Shown here in pieces: positions 49,839 through 59,597 of a stretch of DNA of 64,000 nt. Within the stretch, counting starts at the first letter, position 1. Every line of letters begins with the position of its first letter. Source of the stretch: Candidatus Nezhaarchaeales archaeon (GTDB lineage Archaea > Thermoproteota > Methanomethylicia > Nezhaarchaeales > JAWCJE01); NCBI GenBank assembly GCA_038853715.1, contig JAWCJE010000010.1, forward strand, positions 378-64,377, written 5' to 3'. Both the position numbers and the translations under genes were made by a program. Under the pieces are notes generated by a model, which saw nothing but the letters and a program-made list of their open reading frames with translations, was not told the origin of the DNA and did no database searches.

Positions 49839-50398
49839 GGAGTATGCCTAAACCCTTTACGCTAGCGGTGTTCGGCTTTAAGAATAGCGGTAAAACAAGC
49901 CTTGTAGAGTGGTTAGTTTCTAACCTGGTTAAGGAGGGGTTTAAGGTTGCTACCTTTAAGCATATACATCATCCGGGCTTCACTATCGACACTAAGGGCA
50001 CTGATACTTGGAGGCATGCTAAAGCTGGAGCTAACCCTGTAGTTAGTGTATCTGATGGTGAGGTGGCTTTAATATTAAAGCGGCCCACCCCGATGATGGG
50101 TTTAAGCGGCCTATTGACGTTAATTAAGGGCTTCGACGTCGATATCGTCATGTTTGAAGGTTTTCATAGGGTATTGGGGGGAAGTAAGGAAGTCTATAAG
50201 ATATTGATTGCTAGAAGCCAGCAGGAGTTAGAGAACCTCATACCTGAAACGGAGCAACCCATCATAGCCCTGGTGGCCTCCTTCCAACCTAAGCCTGGCT
50301 TAAACCTCCCAGCCCCCTTAATAATGAGCGATAATAAGCAAGTTCTCCTCGCTATCGTTAAACAGGCCTACTTAAACTATAAAGCCGCGAAGTATTAA
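49832..50398 (+). CDS. mobB: Molybdopterin-guanine dinucleotide biosynthesis protein B
   Basis: GFKNSGKT, KHIHH, D..GTDTWRH..AGA, EGF. Confidence 0.92.
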   Translation: MLRSMPKPFTLAVFGFKNSGKTSLVEWLVSNLVKEGFKVATFKHIHHPGFTIDTKGTDTWRHAKAGANPVVSVSDGEVALILKRPTPMMGLSGLLTLIKGFDVDIVMFEGFHRVLGGSKEVYKILIARSQQELENLIPETEQPIIALVASFQPKPGLNLPAPLIMSDNKQVLLAIVKQAYLNYKAAKY

Positions 50399-50457
50399 GT
50401 AGGAAGGCTACTCTTCCTAGCCTTTATGGAGGCTTTTATACCGTTTAGAAATCCTCT

Positions 50458-51414
50458 TCAAGGGTGGATGACGTTTAAGTGCTTGTTTAACTCTTTTATG
50501 AGGCTTTTAAAGTTCTCCTTCGGGATTCTAGCTCCACTCGCCATAGGATGGCCTCCTCCATCCCCGCCCAGCCTTGGTGCTATATGCCTTAAAATGTTGT
50601 TTAGGTCGATCTTCTCGTTGTAAGTCCTTAGGCTCATGTCGATCATACCTTTTCGTTCTTCCCCGGCGATACCTACGAGGGCATCGGTTAAGCCGCGTAT
50701 ATACATCGCGGTTTTACCTAGGGAGAAGGGGAAGTTGAGGATGTACGCGATTTTCCCCTCAACGTTGACCCGGCCCTTAAGCTCCTTTACGACCTCCTCT
50801 TCCTTTCTAGTGTATTGTAGGGCTAACCTTACTAGGTCTTCGTTAAAGCTCGGCGGCTTATTATTGGAGAGGTCTTGAACTATTCTTCGCTTAGAGTCAT
50901 AGCTTCTCCCTAAGGCTTCAACCCCTTGAACGAGTATCCCCGTCTCTAAATATAGGGTTCTCTTATCCCACTTTCTTAGGAGGGTTTGAATTAAGGGTGT
51001 GTTATCCAAGTAGTCGCCTATGGCTCCATAGATGGCTATCCGCGCGTACGTAGGGTCTAGCCTAGATTGAAAGTAAGAATAGACTTGTTCTGACGCTGAG
51101 GCGTTAAGGTTATACGTAACCATCCCGGGGACTTCGTTTCTCGAAATACCTTCCGGTAGTGGGTGGTGGTCGATGTAAATTAATGCCCCCTCATGTACGA
51201 TGGCCTTAAACCTTTGTAGGATTTGGTTTAAACGGATCTCGGATAGAGCGATATCGCATATAATCACTTTATCCGTATCCTTAGCCCTTTGCAGATCTTC
51301 CAGTAGGCCGTAAGGATGGGTGAAGAAGACTTGGGCACCAGGATTAGCTGCTAAGGATAAGGCGCCGGAGCAAAGGCCGTCTGTATCGCCGTGGGTAAAT
51401 ATCCAAACGTCCAT
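50458..51414 (-). CDS. DHH/DHHA1 phosphoesterase
   Basis: HGDTDG, CD, IDHH, GGGHPMASGA. Confidence 0.9.
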   Translation of the reverse strand: MDVWIFTHGDTDGLCSGALSLAANPGAQVFFTHPYGLLEDLQRAKDTDKVIICDIALSEIRLNQILQRFKAIVHEGALIYIDHHPLPEGISRNEVPGMVTYNLNASASEQVYSYFQSRLDPTYARIAIYGAIGDYLDNTPLIQTLLRKWDKRTLYLETGILVQGVEALGRSYDSKRRIVQDLSNNKPPSFNEDLVRLALQYTRKEEEVVKELKGRVNVEGKIAYILNFPFSLGKTAMYIRGLTDALVGIAGEERKGMIDMSLRTYNEKIDLNNILRHIAPRLGGDGGGHPMASGARIPKENFKSLIKELNKHLNVIHP

Positions 51415-51572
51415 TTAATATCCTCACGGCCTAAATGGTCTTTAACCAAGTTACGCTACCGTCTTCTATAAAGATTCCTTAAAGCCTAGCCTTATTAGCT
51501 TCGGCTAACCTACCCCTTAGTTATGAACGAAAAGTATATACTTAAACTCGGTTTTTATATCGAGGTGATTTA

Positions 51573-52433
51573 ATGGCGAGCGGAAAGCCGCCAGTAGTAA
51601 AGGTAGGCATTCTAAAGCTCGGCTGCGTTGGTACAGCGCCTCTTCTCGAGTACCTCCTTGATGAGAGGGCTGACCGAGAGGATATAGATGTTAGAGTGGT
51701 TTCGTCGGGCGCTAAGATGGATCCTGATAAGGCGGAGGAGGTAGCGCGGAAGCTCATCGAGTTTAAGCCGCATTTCGCCGCTGTTGTAAGCCCTAACGCT
51801 GCTCTACCAGGACCTACGAAGGCGCGTGAGATCCTTTTAGAGGCCGGCTTACCGGTTATAGTGATCTCCGACGCGCCAGCTAAGAAGGCTATTCAAAGCT
51901 TAGAGGCTAAGGGCTTTGGCTACATCGTAGTTGAGGGCGACGCAATGATAGGGGCTAGAAGGGAGTTCTTAGACCCCGTCGAAATGGCCTGCTTTAACGC
52001 TAACATAATAAAGGTGTTAGCGATAACAGGTGCTTACAACGTTATAGTTGAACAACTTGATAAGGTTATCGAGGACTTAAAGGAGGGAAGGAAGCCGGAG
52101 CTACCGAAGGTCGTAGTTGATAAGGAGGTAGCTTTAAAGGCGGCTGGCTTTAATAACCCGTACGCTAAAGCTAAGGCCATGGCCGCCTACGAAACAGCTA
52201 GGAAGGTAGCAGATCTAACCGTTGAGGGGTGCTTCAAGGTTCAAGAGTGGGAGAGGTACGTACCACTAGTAGCTGCGGCGCATGAGATGATGGAAGTAGC
52301 AGCTAAACTGGCTGATGAGGCAAGGGAGCTTGAAAAACCAGCCGATACTTTATCGCGTAGGCCTCATGCTCGCGACGGCACGTTAATGTCGAAGCTAAAA
52401 CTCATCGAGAAGCCGGTTAAGATTAAAAAGTAG
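51573..52433 (+). CDS. mtd: F420-dependent methylene-H4MPT dehydrogenase
   Basis: LLDERADREDI, SGAKM, SPNAALPGP, MIGARREFLDP.EMA, NPYAKAKAMAA. Confidence 0.96.
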   Translation: MASGKPPVVKVGILKLGCVGTAPLLEYLLDERADREDIDVRVVSSGAKMDPDKAEEVARKLIEFKPHFAAVVSPNAALPGPTKAREILLEAGLPVIVISDAPAKKAIQSLEAKGFGYIVVEGDAMIGARREFLDPVEMACFNANIIKVLAITGAYNVIVEQLDKVIEDLKEGRKPELPKVVVDKEVALKAAGFNNPYAKAKAMAAYETARKVADLTVEGCFKVQEWERYVPLVAAAHEMMEVAAKLADEARELEKPADTLSRRPHARDGTLMSKLKLIEKPVKIKK

Positions 52434-52441
52434 GGTTAACG

Positions 52442-54187
52442 ATGTCCGTTCAAACTACGTTCACCCTAATAACGGGAAGGTCCTTGGATCAAGGGCGAGC
52501 GTTGGAGAAGGGTAAGTTCACTGACGACTACTTATCCAGCGTAGCTATATGCGAAGTGAACCCTGAAGACTTAAAATTGGTAAGGGTTAAGAGCGGGTCA
52601 AACGTTAAGGTGAAAACGGCGTACGGAGAGGTCGTCGTTAAAGTAAAAGAGTCGCAGGCCGTAAGCCCGGGAACCATATTTATACCGATGGGCCCTTGGG
52701 CTAACGTACTTGTTGACCCTAATACTTACGGGTCCGGGATGCCGACCCTTAAGGGCGTTCCGGCTACGCTTGAGCCAACCGATGAAGCCGTTCCAACCAT
52801 AGCGCAACTCATCCAAAAATTCTCCAGTAGGGCCTTCGAAGTAAAACTTGGACAAAAAACGGTGGATCCCCCTCCTCTAGAAGGAGTTATTAAGGACGTT
52901 GTATGCGCTTTTTGCGGTTGTGTTTGCGATGATATAGAGGTAACCATTAAGGGCGGAGTTATAGAGTCGGTTAAAGGCGCGTGTGGTTTAGGTTTAGCTA
53001 AGCTCTTAAACTACAGTAGGGAAAGGGTTTACAGTCCGATGGTTAGGAGGAGTCAAAGCTTCGTTGAGGTAAGCTTTGAAGAGGCCGTGGAGGAGGCCGC
53101 TGATATACTCGTTAACGCGAAGTACCCCTTACTTTACGGTTGGTCTTCCACCTCTAATGAGGCCGTAAGGCTCGGTGTTGAGTTGGCTGAGTTGGTGGGA
53201 GGCGTTATAGATGATACGTCGGTTACGTGTCACGGGCCTACGACCCTAGCCTTACAGGAGACGGGTGTTGTAACCGCTACACTCGGTCAACTTAAGAACC
53301 GCGCGGATTTAATGGTTTACTGGGGTTGTAACCCGGGTCATGCCCATCCGAGGCATACAGTTCGCTATTCGGCTATGGCTAAAGGCCGCTTCGTTAAGGG
53401 TAGGAGGGAACGTAGAATCGTAGTAGTTGACGTTAGGGAGACGCCGACAGCTAAAATGGCGGATCTCTTCGTCAAGGTTCAACAGGGTATGGACTACGAG
53501 CTCCTAACAGCGCTTCGCATGGCGGTTAAAGGTTATACCATAGAGGTTGAAGAGGTTGCCGGCGTACCTAGGAATATGATCTTTAAACTAGCCGATATGT
53601 TGACGTCAGCTAAGTTCGGGGTTATATTCTTTGGTATGGGCGTAACCATGACGGCTGGGAAAGGTAGAAACGTTGAGGAAGCTATAAGGCTCGTTCAAGA
53701 ACTAAACGATCATACGAAGTTCACGATATTAGCTATGAGGGGACACTACAACGTTACTGGCTCCGGCGCCGTTATGACGTGGTTAACCGGATACCCCTAC
53801 GCTGTCGACTTTAGTAGGGGCTATCCAAGGTATAACCCGGGCGTTACGTCTTCGACGGATATACTTATGCGTGGTGATGCTGATGCTGCCTTAATAGTGG
53901 CTTCAGACCCGGTATCGCACTTCCCGATGAAGGCCGTGGAGAACCTTTCCCGAATACCCGTAGTGGTTATAGATCCGAGGTGGAGCCCGACGGCCGCTAT
54001 AGCCAACGTTTTCATACCGTCGGCCTTCGTAGGCATCGAGGTCGAAGGAACCGTGTATAGGATGGATAAGGTACCTATTAGGGCTAAGAAGCTCTTAGAA
54101 CCTCCGCCGGGCGTTAAAAGCGACGTAGAGATTCTTCAAGCGTTAATCGATAGGGTTAAGGCTAGGAAGCTTAAGGGAGGTGGTTAA
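52442..54187 (+). CDS. fwdB: Formylmethanofuran dehydrogenase subunit D-B fusion
   Basis: N-terminal FwdD (LITGRSLDQG..KGK, FIPMGPWAN, GMPTLKG) fused to FwdB (CAFCGCVCDD, CHGPT, WGCNP.HAHPRH, MRGHYNV). Confidence 0.93.
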   Translation: MSVQTTFTLITGRSLDQGRALEKGKFTDDYLSSVAICEVNPEDLKLVRVKSGSNVKVKTAYGEVVVKVKESQAVSPGTIFIPMGPWANVLVDPNTYGSGMPTLKGVPATLEPTDEAVPTIAQLIQKFSSRAFEVKLGQKTVDPPPLEGVIKDVVCAFCGCVCDDIEVTIKGGVIESVKGACGLGLAKLLNYSRERVYSPMVRRSQSFVEVSFEEAVEEAADILVNAKYPLLYGWSSTSNEAVRLGVELAELVGGVIDDTSVTCHGPTTLALQETGVVTATLGQLKNRADLMVYWGCNPGHAHPRHTVRYSAMAKGRFVKGRRERRIVVVDVRETPTAKMADLFVKVQQGMDYELLTALRMAVKGYTIEVEEVAGVPRNMIFKLADMLTSAKFGVIFFGMGVTMTAGKGRNVEEAIRLVQELNDHTKFTILAMRGHYNVTGSGAVMTWLTGYPYAVDFSRGYPRYNPGVTSSTDILMRGDADAALIVASDPVSHFPMKAVENLSRIPVVVIDPRWSPTAAIANVFIPSAFVGIEVEGTVYRMDKVPIRAKKLLEPPPGVKSDVEILQALIDRVKARKLKGGG

Positions 54188-54189
54188 AC

Positions 54190-55902
54190 GTGGAGTTCCT
54201 AATAAGGAACGGCTACGTTTACGACCCCATTAACGGTATTAACGGGGAGAGGATGGACGTAGCCATTAAGGACGGTAGGATCGTAAGTACCGACGCCATT
54301 ACCCCTTCTAAGGCTAAAGTTATTGACGCTACAAACATGTTGGTGATGCCGGGCGGCGTTGATATGCATAGCCATATAGCTGGGCCTAAGCTTAACGTCG
54401 GCAGGGTTATGAGGCCTGAGGATCACTACCGCGTTTTCATGAAGGCCATACCCGGAGTTAGAAGGTCTGGTACCGGTAGAACTACGCCTAGCACCAACGT
54501 GATTGGCTATAAGTATGCTCGGATGGGGTGGACTACCGTGATCGAGCCCGCAACGCCGCCGCTTGAAACGAGGCATACCCATGAGGAGCTTGACGATATC
54601 CCGATAATAGATAAAGCTTGCTTTCCGCTATTAGACTCCAACTGGTTCGTCCTTGACTACCTAGCTAAAAAGGATTATGAGAAGTGCGCCGCCTTCATAG
54701 CGTGGATACTTAACGCTACGAAGGGTTACGCCGTAAAGATCGTGGATCCGGGTTCAGGTGAAGCTTGGGGTTGGGGCGGATCGATACGTAGCCTCGACGA
54801 CCAGGTACCGGGCTTCGGCGTTACACCCCGCGAGATCGTAAGGGGGTTATGTAGGGTTAACCAGATGTTAAACCTACCGCATCAAATACACGTCCACTGT
54901 AATAGGCTCGGTTATCCAGGTAATTACGTTGTCACGTTAGATACCATGGCCTCCGTCTCCGACTTAACGTCATCTGACGGTAGGCCAAACATACACATTA
55001 CCCACTGCCAGTTTACTGGTTACGCTGGTACAACGTGGGCTAACCTAATGCCGGGCGGCGAGAAGATAGCTAAGTACGTTAACAATAATCCCCATGTAAC
55101 TCTAGACTTGGGTCAAGTGGTATTTGGCGACGCTACCACCATGACGGCGGACGCGCCCTTCGAGTTCGTACTATACCATATGACTCGGGGTAAATGGTCA
55201 AGCTCCGACGTAGAGGCTGAAAGCGCCGCTGGCATAGTGCCGTATAGGTATAGGAGGAGTAACTACGTAAACACCGTTCAATGGTGTATAGGGCTGGAAC
55301 TTATCTTACTAGTTAAGGATACGTGGCGCGTGATCATGACCACTGACCATCCTAACGCTGGCCTCTTCACTAGGTACCCGCAAATAATATCCTGGCTCAT
55401 GAGTAGGAGGGCGCGTGAAGCCGTAATGGACAAGGTTAATAAGAGGGCTCTAAAGAAGTCGGCATTACCAGCTATAGACCGCGAGTTAACCTTTTATGAG
55501 GTAGCCATAACTACTAGGGCGGCGCCAGCAAAACTCCTAGGGTTAACCGGTAAGGGCCATTTAGGTGTTGGAGCCGACGCCGATGTAGCGATTTACAACG
55601 TAAACCCCAAGGAAGTAGATCCTTCAAAGAGCCCGGAGATTATTGAGAAAGCTTTCAAGAGGGCCGCTTACACCATTAAGGGCGGGGAGATAGTAGTTAA
55701 GGACGGTGAAATAGTTCAACATATTTACGGTAAAACCCTCTACGTTAAACCCGAAGTCCCTGAGGACTTACTTAAGGCTACGCTAAACGATGTAGAGCCT
55801 AAGTTTAAGGAGTGGTACTCGATATCCTTCAGTAACTACCCGATCATGGATCACGAGGTTAGAGCGCTTAAGGCTATACCGGTAAAAACCAGTTTGAAGT
55901 AG
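54190..55902 (+). CDS. fwdA: Formylmethanofuran dehydrogenase subunit A
   Basis: DMHSHIAG, HVHCNRLG.PGN, THCQF, TMTAD, TTDHPNAG. Confidence 0.96.
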   Translation: MEFLIRNGYVYDPINGINGERMDVAIKDGRIVSTDAITPSKAKVIDATNMLVMPGGVDMHSHIAGPKLNVGRVMRPEDHYRVFMKAIPGVRRSGTGRTTPSTNVIGYKYARMGWTTVIEPATPPLETRHTHEELDDIPIIDKACFPLLDSNWFVLDYLAKKDYEKCAAFIAWILNATKGYAVKIVDPGSGEAWGWGGSIRSLDDQVPGFGVTPREIVRGLCRVNQMLNLPHQIHVHCNRLGYPGNYVVTLDTMASVSDLTSSDGRPNIHITHCQFTGYAGTTWANLMPGGEKIAKYVNNNPHVTLDLGQVVFGDATTMTADAPFEFVLYHMTRGKWSSSDVEAESAAGIVPYRYRRSNYVNTVQWCIGLELILLVKDTWRVIMTTDHPNAGLFTRYPQIISWLMSRRAREAVMDKVNKRALKKSALPAIDRELTFYEVAITTRAAPAKLLGLTGKGHLGVGADADVAIYNVNPKEVDPSKSPEIIEKAFKRAAYTIKGGEIVVKDGEIVQHIYGKTLYVKPEVPEDLLKATLNDVEPKFKEWYSISFSNYPIMDHEVRALKAIPVKTSLK

Positions 55903-55914
55903 GAGGCGATAAAT

Positions 55915-56775
55915 TTGGCTAAGCTTAACGAGATGGTATTAACCCCTAAGTACGAGTTTAAGGTACCGGTGGAAGCTAAATGTATATCGCCGGACGTTTT
56001 CGCAGGTAAAAGCTTAAGTGATATACGCGCACTACCGGTTTACGAAGGTAATACGAAGAGGGCTTTGATCGACCTTTTCAACATTGAAGGTAATCCTGGG
56101 GCTACTAGTGCTGAAACGGCTATAGTAATTCGAGGAGACGCGTGGAAGGTTAGACGTATAGGGGAGGGTATGAGTAACGGTAAGATAATCGTAGAGGGAC
56201 GTGTAGGAGCATATCTAGGGTTAAAGATGAAGGGTGGAACCATAACCGTTAAAGGCGACGCCGAATCATGGCTAGGCGCTAAGATGAAGGGTGGAACCAT
56301 AGAAGTATTCGGGAACGCGGGCGACTGTGTTGGAGGCGCTTTTAGGGGTGAAGGACCTGGTAGGGGGATGAGCGGAGGAACCATAATAATTCACGGTAAC
56401 GTGGGGGCTGAAGCTGGACGCGGTATGGGGGGCGGCACCATAGTTGTAGATGGTAACGCTGCTTTCCTACCTGGAGTGGATATGGTTGGAGGGGCTGTAG
56501 GGATTAAGGGGGACTGTCAAGGTAAAGCTGGAGCCAGGATGAGGGGGGGACGCGTAGTTATAGGCGGCTTCCTACCATCAGTACTGCCGAGCTTCTACGT
56601 GGATGAAGTAAGGGAATCGATAAAGGTTGGCCCTGAAAAAATGGCTGGACCATTCTACGTCTTCGTCGGCGACGTCTTGGCCGACGTAAAGTGTCGAGGA
56701 AGGCTATTCGTATCTGTAGCTAGAAACCAGCACCTAAAACGGTACGAGGAACTACTAACTACTCCAACGCTTTAA
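55915..56775 (+). CDS. fwdC: Formylmethanofuran dehydrogenase subunit C
   Basis: ISPD, GXGXG beta-helix repeats (MKGGTI). Confidence 0.95.
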   Translation: MAKLNEMVLTPKYEFKVPVEAKCISPDVFAGKSLSDIRALPVYEGNTKRALIDLFNIEGNPGATSAETAIVIRGDAWKVRRIGEGMSNGKIIVEGRVGAYLGLKMKGGTITVKGDAESWLGAKMKGGTIEVFGNAGDCVGGAFRGEGPGRGMSGGTIIIHGNVGAEAGRGMGGGTIVVDGNAAFLPGVDMVGGAVGIKGDCQGKAGARMRGGRVVIGGFLPSVLPSFYVDEVRESIKVGPEKMAGPFYVFVGDVLADVKCRGRLFVSVARNQHLKRYEELLTTPTL

Positions 56776-56824
56776 TCCTTTTTTATTCCTAGCGTTCGTA
56801 ACGTTACATATCGGCGCGTGTCTA

Positions 56825-57253
56825 CTACGCGTACGAAATCCGTATCTCCCTAGGTTCTTTAGCATACCTGGTTAGGGCTATGGGGAATACGTTTATAATG
56901 CCTAGTAGATCACCCTTTTTCACTTCACCTTTATCGATAGCGAGGCAGACAGCCTGATCTACGTACCTAGTTTTCTCTACGGGGCGGGGGCCTCCATAGT
57001 CGATGACCGATATCACTACTAGGAATGCGTGACGCTGGTAGGGTGATGGTAGTATTAAGCAATCGTTCGGAATAACTATCCTTTTAACCTTCACCTTCTT
57101 AACTTCCCCTCGGTTAAAGTTAACTTCATCATCCGAGATGACCATCTCCCATTTACCTCCCGTAGCCATCATGTAGGCGTAGGGCTCTACCTCCAAGTTC
57201 TTCGATACGTAAACCCCTGGTTCCTTCTCTACCGTTAACCTAACCTTAACCAA
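56825..57253 (-). CDS. DUF22-like archaeal protein
   Basis: WEM.I.DD, PSPYQRHA, GEVKKGDLLGIINVFP. Confidence 0.7.
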   Translation of the reverse strand: MVKVRLTVEKEPGVYVSKNLEVEPYAYMMATGGKWEMVISDDEVNFNRGEVKKVKVKRIVIPNDCLILPSPYQRHAFLVVISVIDYGGPRPVEKTRYVDQAVCLAIDKGEVKKGDLLGIINVFPIALTRYAKEPREIRISYA

Positions 57254-57655
57254 TATTGATCACGCCTACAGTTAAACCTGTAGAGTTTTAAAGGTATTCC
57301 TTCATTAAGGCGTATCTGAAATTTTACCATAAATATTTATTAACCCGACATACATGCACACTACGTTATTGAGCAGTGTATGTACGTGAAGCTCCTTAGC
57401 TAGCTTAAGGCTCTCGTTAGGCCTCCCCTAGGGCGATTAATCCTCCCATTGATTCCGTCAATTTTTATCGTATTTACTCTCAAGCTCCATTCCTTACTTA
57501 AGGTTCCCTCTCTAAACGCTTAAAGCCTAAAACGTTCCTACGGGCTTTAACGGGTTTAACCCAACTTTTAGTGTTTATATGCCGATATACGTTTACGTCG
57601 TGTAAGCTTTAATGTATAGGTACACCCTACCTAGGTGGTTTGGCAAAGTGTTAAA

Positions 57656-58807
57656 TTAATAGGATGGGGGCTGGTTTAGGATGGCTTTAGCTATGATGTT
57701 TCTCTGGATTTCGCTTGTCCCTTGGTATATGGGTGTTATCCTTACGTCGCGGTAGAAGCGTTCAACGTCGTACTCGGCTATGTAGCCGTAGCCACCGAAT
57801 ATTTGGAGTGCCTCGTTGGTGACCCTTACGGCCATCTCGGTAGCGAACGCCTTAGCCATGGAGGTAAGCCCGAGTATAATCCTGCCTTGGTCAACGTGCC
57901 AGGCCGCCTTATACGTTAATAACCTAGCGGCTTCGATCTGTATAGCCATATCCGCTAGCTTATGCTGTATAACTTGGAAATCCGCTATCTTGCGGTTAAA
58001 CTGAGACCTCTCCTTAGCGTACTTCACGGCGCGGTCAAGGGCCCCTTGAGCTATTCCGACTGCTTGTATCGCGATGATTATACGCTCTAAACCTAGGAAA
58101 TCAAGTGCATAGTAGAAGCCCCTACCCTCAACACCAACTAGGTTCTCGAGGGGTACGCGTACATTGTTAAAGGAGTACTCACCTATCAATGAAGCCCTAA
58201 TACCCATCTTACCCTCTATCTTCGAAGCTTCAAAGCCTTCGGTGCCTTTATCAACTACTAGAAGCGTCTGCTTATACTTCTCCCTAGGTACCGATTGACA
58301 AAGGACCACGGCGAAGTTCGCAATAGGGGCATTGGTTATAAGCGTCTTAGTGCCATTCACTACGTAATGGTTACCCTCACGCTTAACCATGGTATCAAGC
58401 ACACTGATGTCACTCCCGTGAGCTGGCTCGGTAAAGGCCACGGAAGAAATCCACTCACCTCTAGTAACTTTAGGTAAGTACTTCTTTTTCTGCTCCTCAG
58501 TTCCAAAGAGGTAGATCAGATCGGATTGGGAGGCACCGAGGCACACCGCTGTCCCAAGTGTTGGATCCGCTCTACAAAACTCTTCTACGATGAGGCAGGT
58601 TTCAAAGAACCCGTAGCCTTGACCTCCGTACTCCTCTGGAAAGTGGCATCCTATAAAGCCTAAGCTAGCGGCTTTCTTAAAGAGTTCGTAGGGGAACTCC
58701 TCCTTCCTATCGTATTCCCTAGCAAGCTCGGGTTTAAACTCCTTCTGAGCGAACTCACGAGCAGCAGTTTGAACCTCCTTTTGCTCCTTAGTTAACTCGA
58801 AGTCCAA
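57656..58807 (-). CDS. Acyl-CoA dehydrogenase
   Basis: FTEPAHGSD, NGTKTLITN, KMGIRAS, R.QFNRKIADFQ.IQ, QIFGGYGY, YQGTSEIQR. Confidence 0.95.
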   Translation of the reverse strand: MDFELTKEQKEVQTAAREFAQKEFKPELAREYDRKEEFPYELFKKAASLGFIGCHFPEEYGGQGYGFFETCLIVEEFCRADPTLGTAVCLGASQSDLIYLFGTEEQKKKYLPKVTRGEWISSVAFTEPAHGSDISVLDTMVKREGNHYVVNGTKTLITNAPIANFAVVLCQSVPREKYKQTLLVVDKGTEGFEASKIEGKMGIRASLIGEYSFNNVRVPLENLVGVEGRGFYYALDFLGLERIIIAIQAVGIAQGALDRAVKYAKERSQFNRKIADFQVIQHKLADMAIQIEAARLLTYKAAWHVDQGRIILGLTSMAKAFATEMAVRVTNEALQIFGGYGYIAEYDVERFYRDVRITPIYQGTSEIQRNIIAKAILNQPPSY

Positions 58808-59004
58808 CGGCGCTACACCTTAGCTAGAGCGGTTAACACTAATCTATAAGTGTTTTGACGGTCCATCAGCTTTACTTATGCTTCCACTAGTTAGTAGAAA
58901 GACGCTTACATAGTATATGATTAATTCACACTCCATACATGCTATAAACGTTCACTTAAGCTTAGATTTAACGTTGAGTATGTTCATGATAGTAGCCCTC
59001 GGTA

Positions 59005-59208
59005 TGAGTTAAGGCGAAACACCGACACGTAAACTTTAACGTAAGGAACTCTGTGGAGAAACGTTTAAATCGTTAAAGCATGGGATTAAGAGGTTCCACC
59101 GCTTTAAACACGGAAGTAGTAAGAGAACGACGTTGAACTGGATAAAAGCATTTATAACGATACTAAACACGATAAACCTAATAATAAGGAGGTTTTAACG
59201 CATCGTAG
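59005..59208 (+). mobile_element. IS6-family transposase C-terminal relic
   Basis: HRHVNFNVRNSVEK/FKSLKHGIKRF...TTLNWIKAF, frameshifted. Confidence 0.6.
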
Positions 59209-59220
59209 ACGAGGAATATT

Positions 59221-59475
59221 ATGAAGGTTAAAGCCTCTCTTGGGAAGGTCTTGGAAGCTTGTAGAAATAAGCCTCTCATCCTAGTAGATGAGAGTTTCTG
59301 GTACCTAGAAGCACTAAGGAACCTAAACCTTAAATGAAGGCACGCGACCTTCGGGACGAGAAACCGCGTGGAACGATGGTTCGGCGTATTAAAGAGGGGA
59401 AGTTCAACGACACAATCCTAAGCGCGGAAATATCCTTAGAAACATTCATAACAGGGTACAATACACTACTTAAAA
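59221..59475 (+). mobile_element. Second IS6-family transposase relic
   Basis: KVLEACRNKPLILVDESFWYLEALRNLNLK*RHATFGTRNRVERWFGVLK. Confidence 0.75.
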
Positions 59476-59497
59476 TGAAAAGCCGATAATAATGGTA

Positions 59498-59597
59498 AAA
59501 GGGTGAATAACGCTTTGAACGAGTACTTTAACGCTAAGATCAAGGAACTCAGTGAAAGGGTGAATAACGCTTTGAACGAGTACTTTAACGCTAAGAT
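59498..59597 (+). repeat. 43-nt exact direct repeat with 57-nt period at the 5' end of the polyprenyl synthase gene
   Basis: aaagggtgaataacgctttgaacgagtactttaacgctaagat at 59498 and 59555. Confidence 0.95.

Noticed and set aside
53220..53240. Selenocysteine recoding in FwdB
   Set aside because: The ligand codon is TGT (Cys) and there is no in-frame TGA
57347..57387. Imperfect inverted repeat TACATGCAC...GTGTATGTA, with similar words near 58935-58985
   Set aside because: Could be an operator, but spacing differs between the sites and support is too weak
57430..57490. LRVNTIK fragment resembling the NOL1/RsmB family on the minus strand
   Set aside because: Too short to be significant
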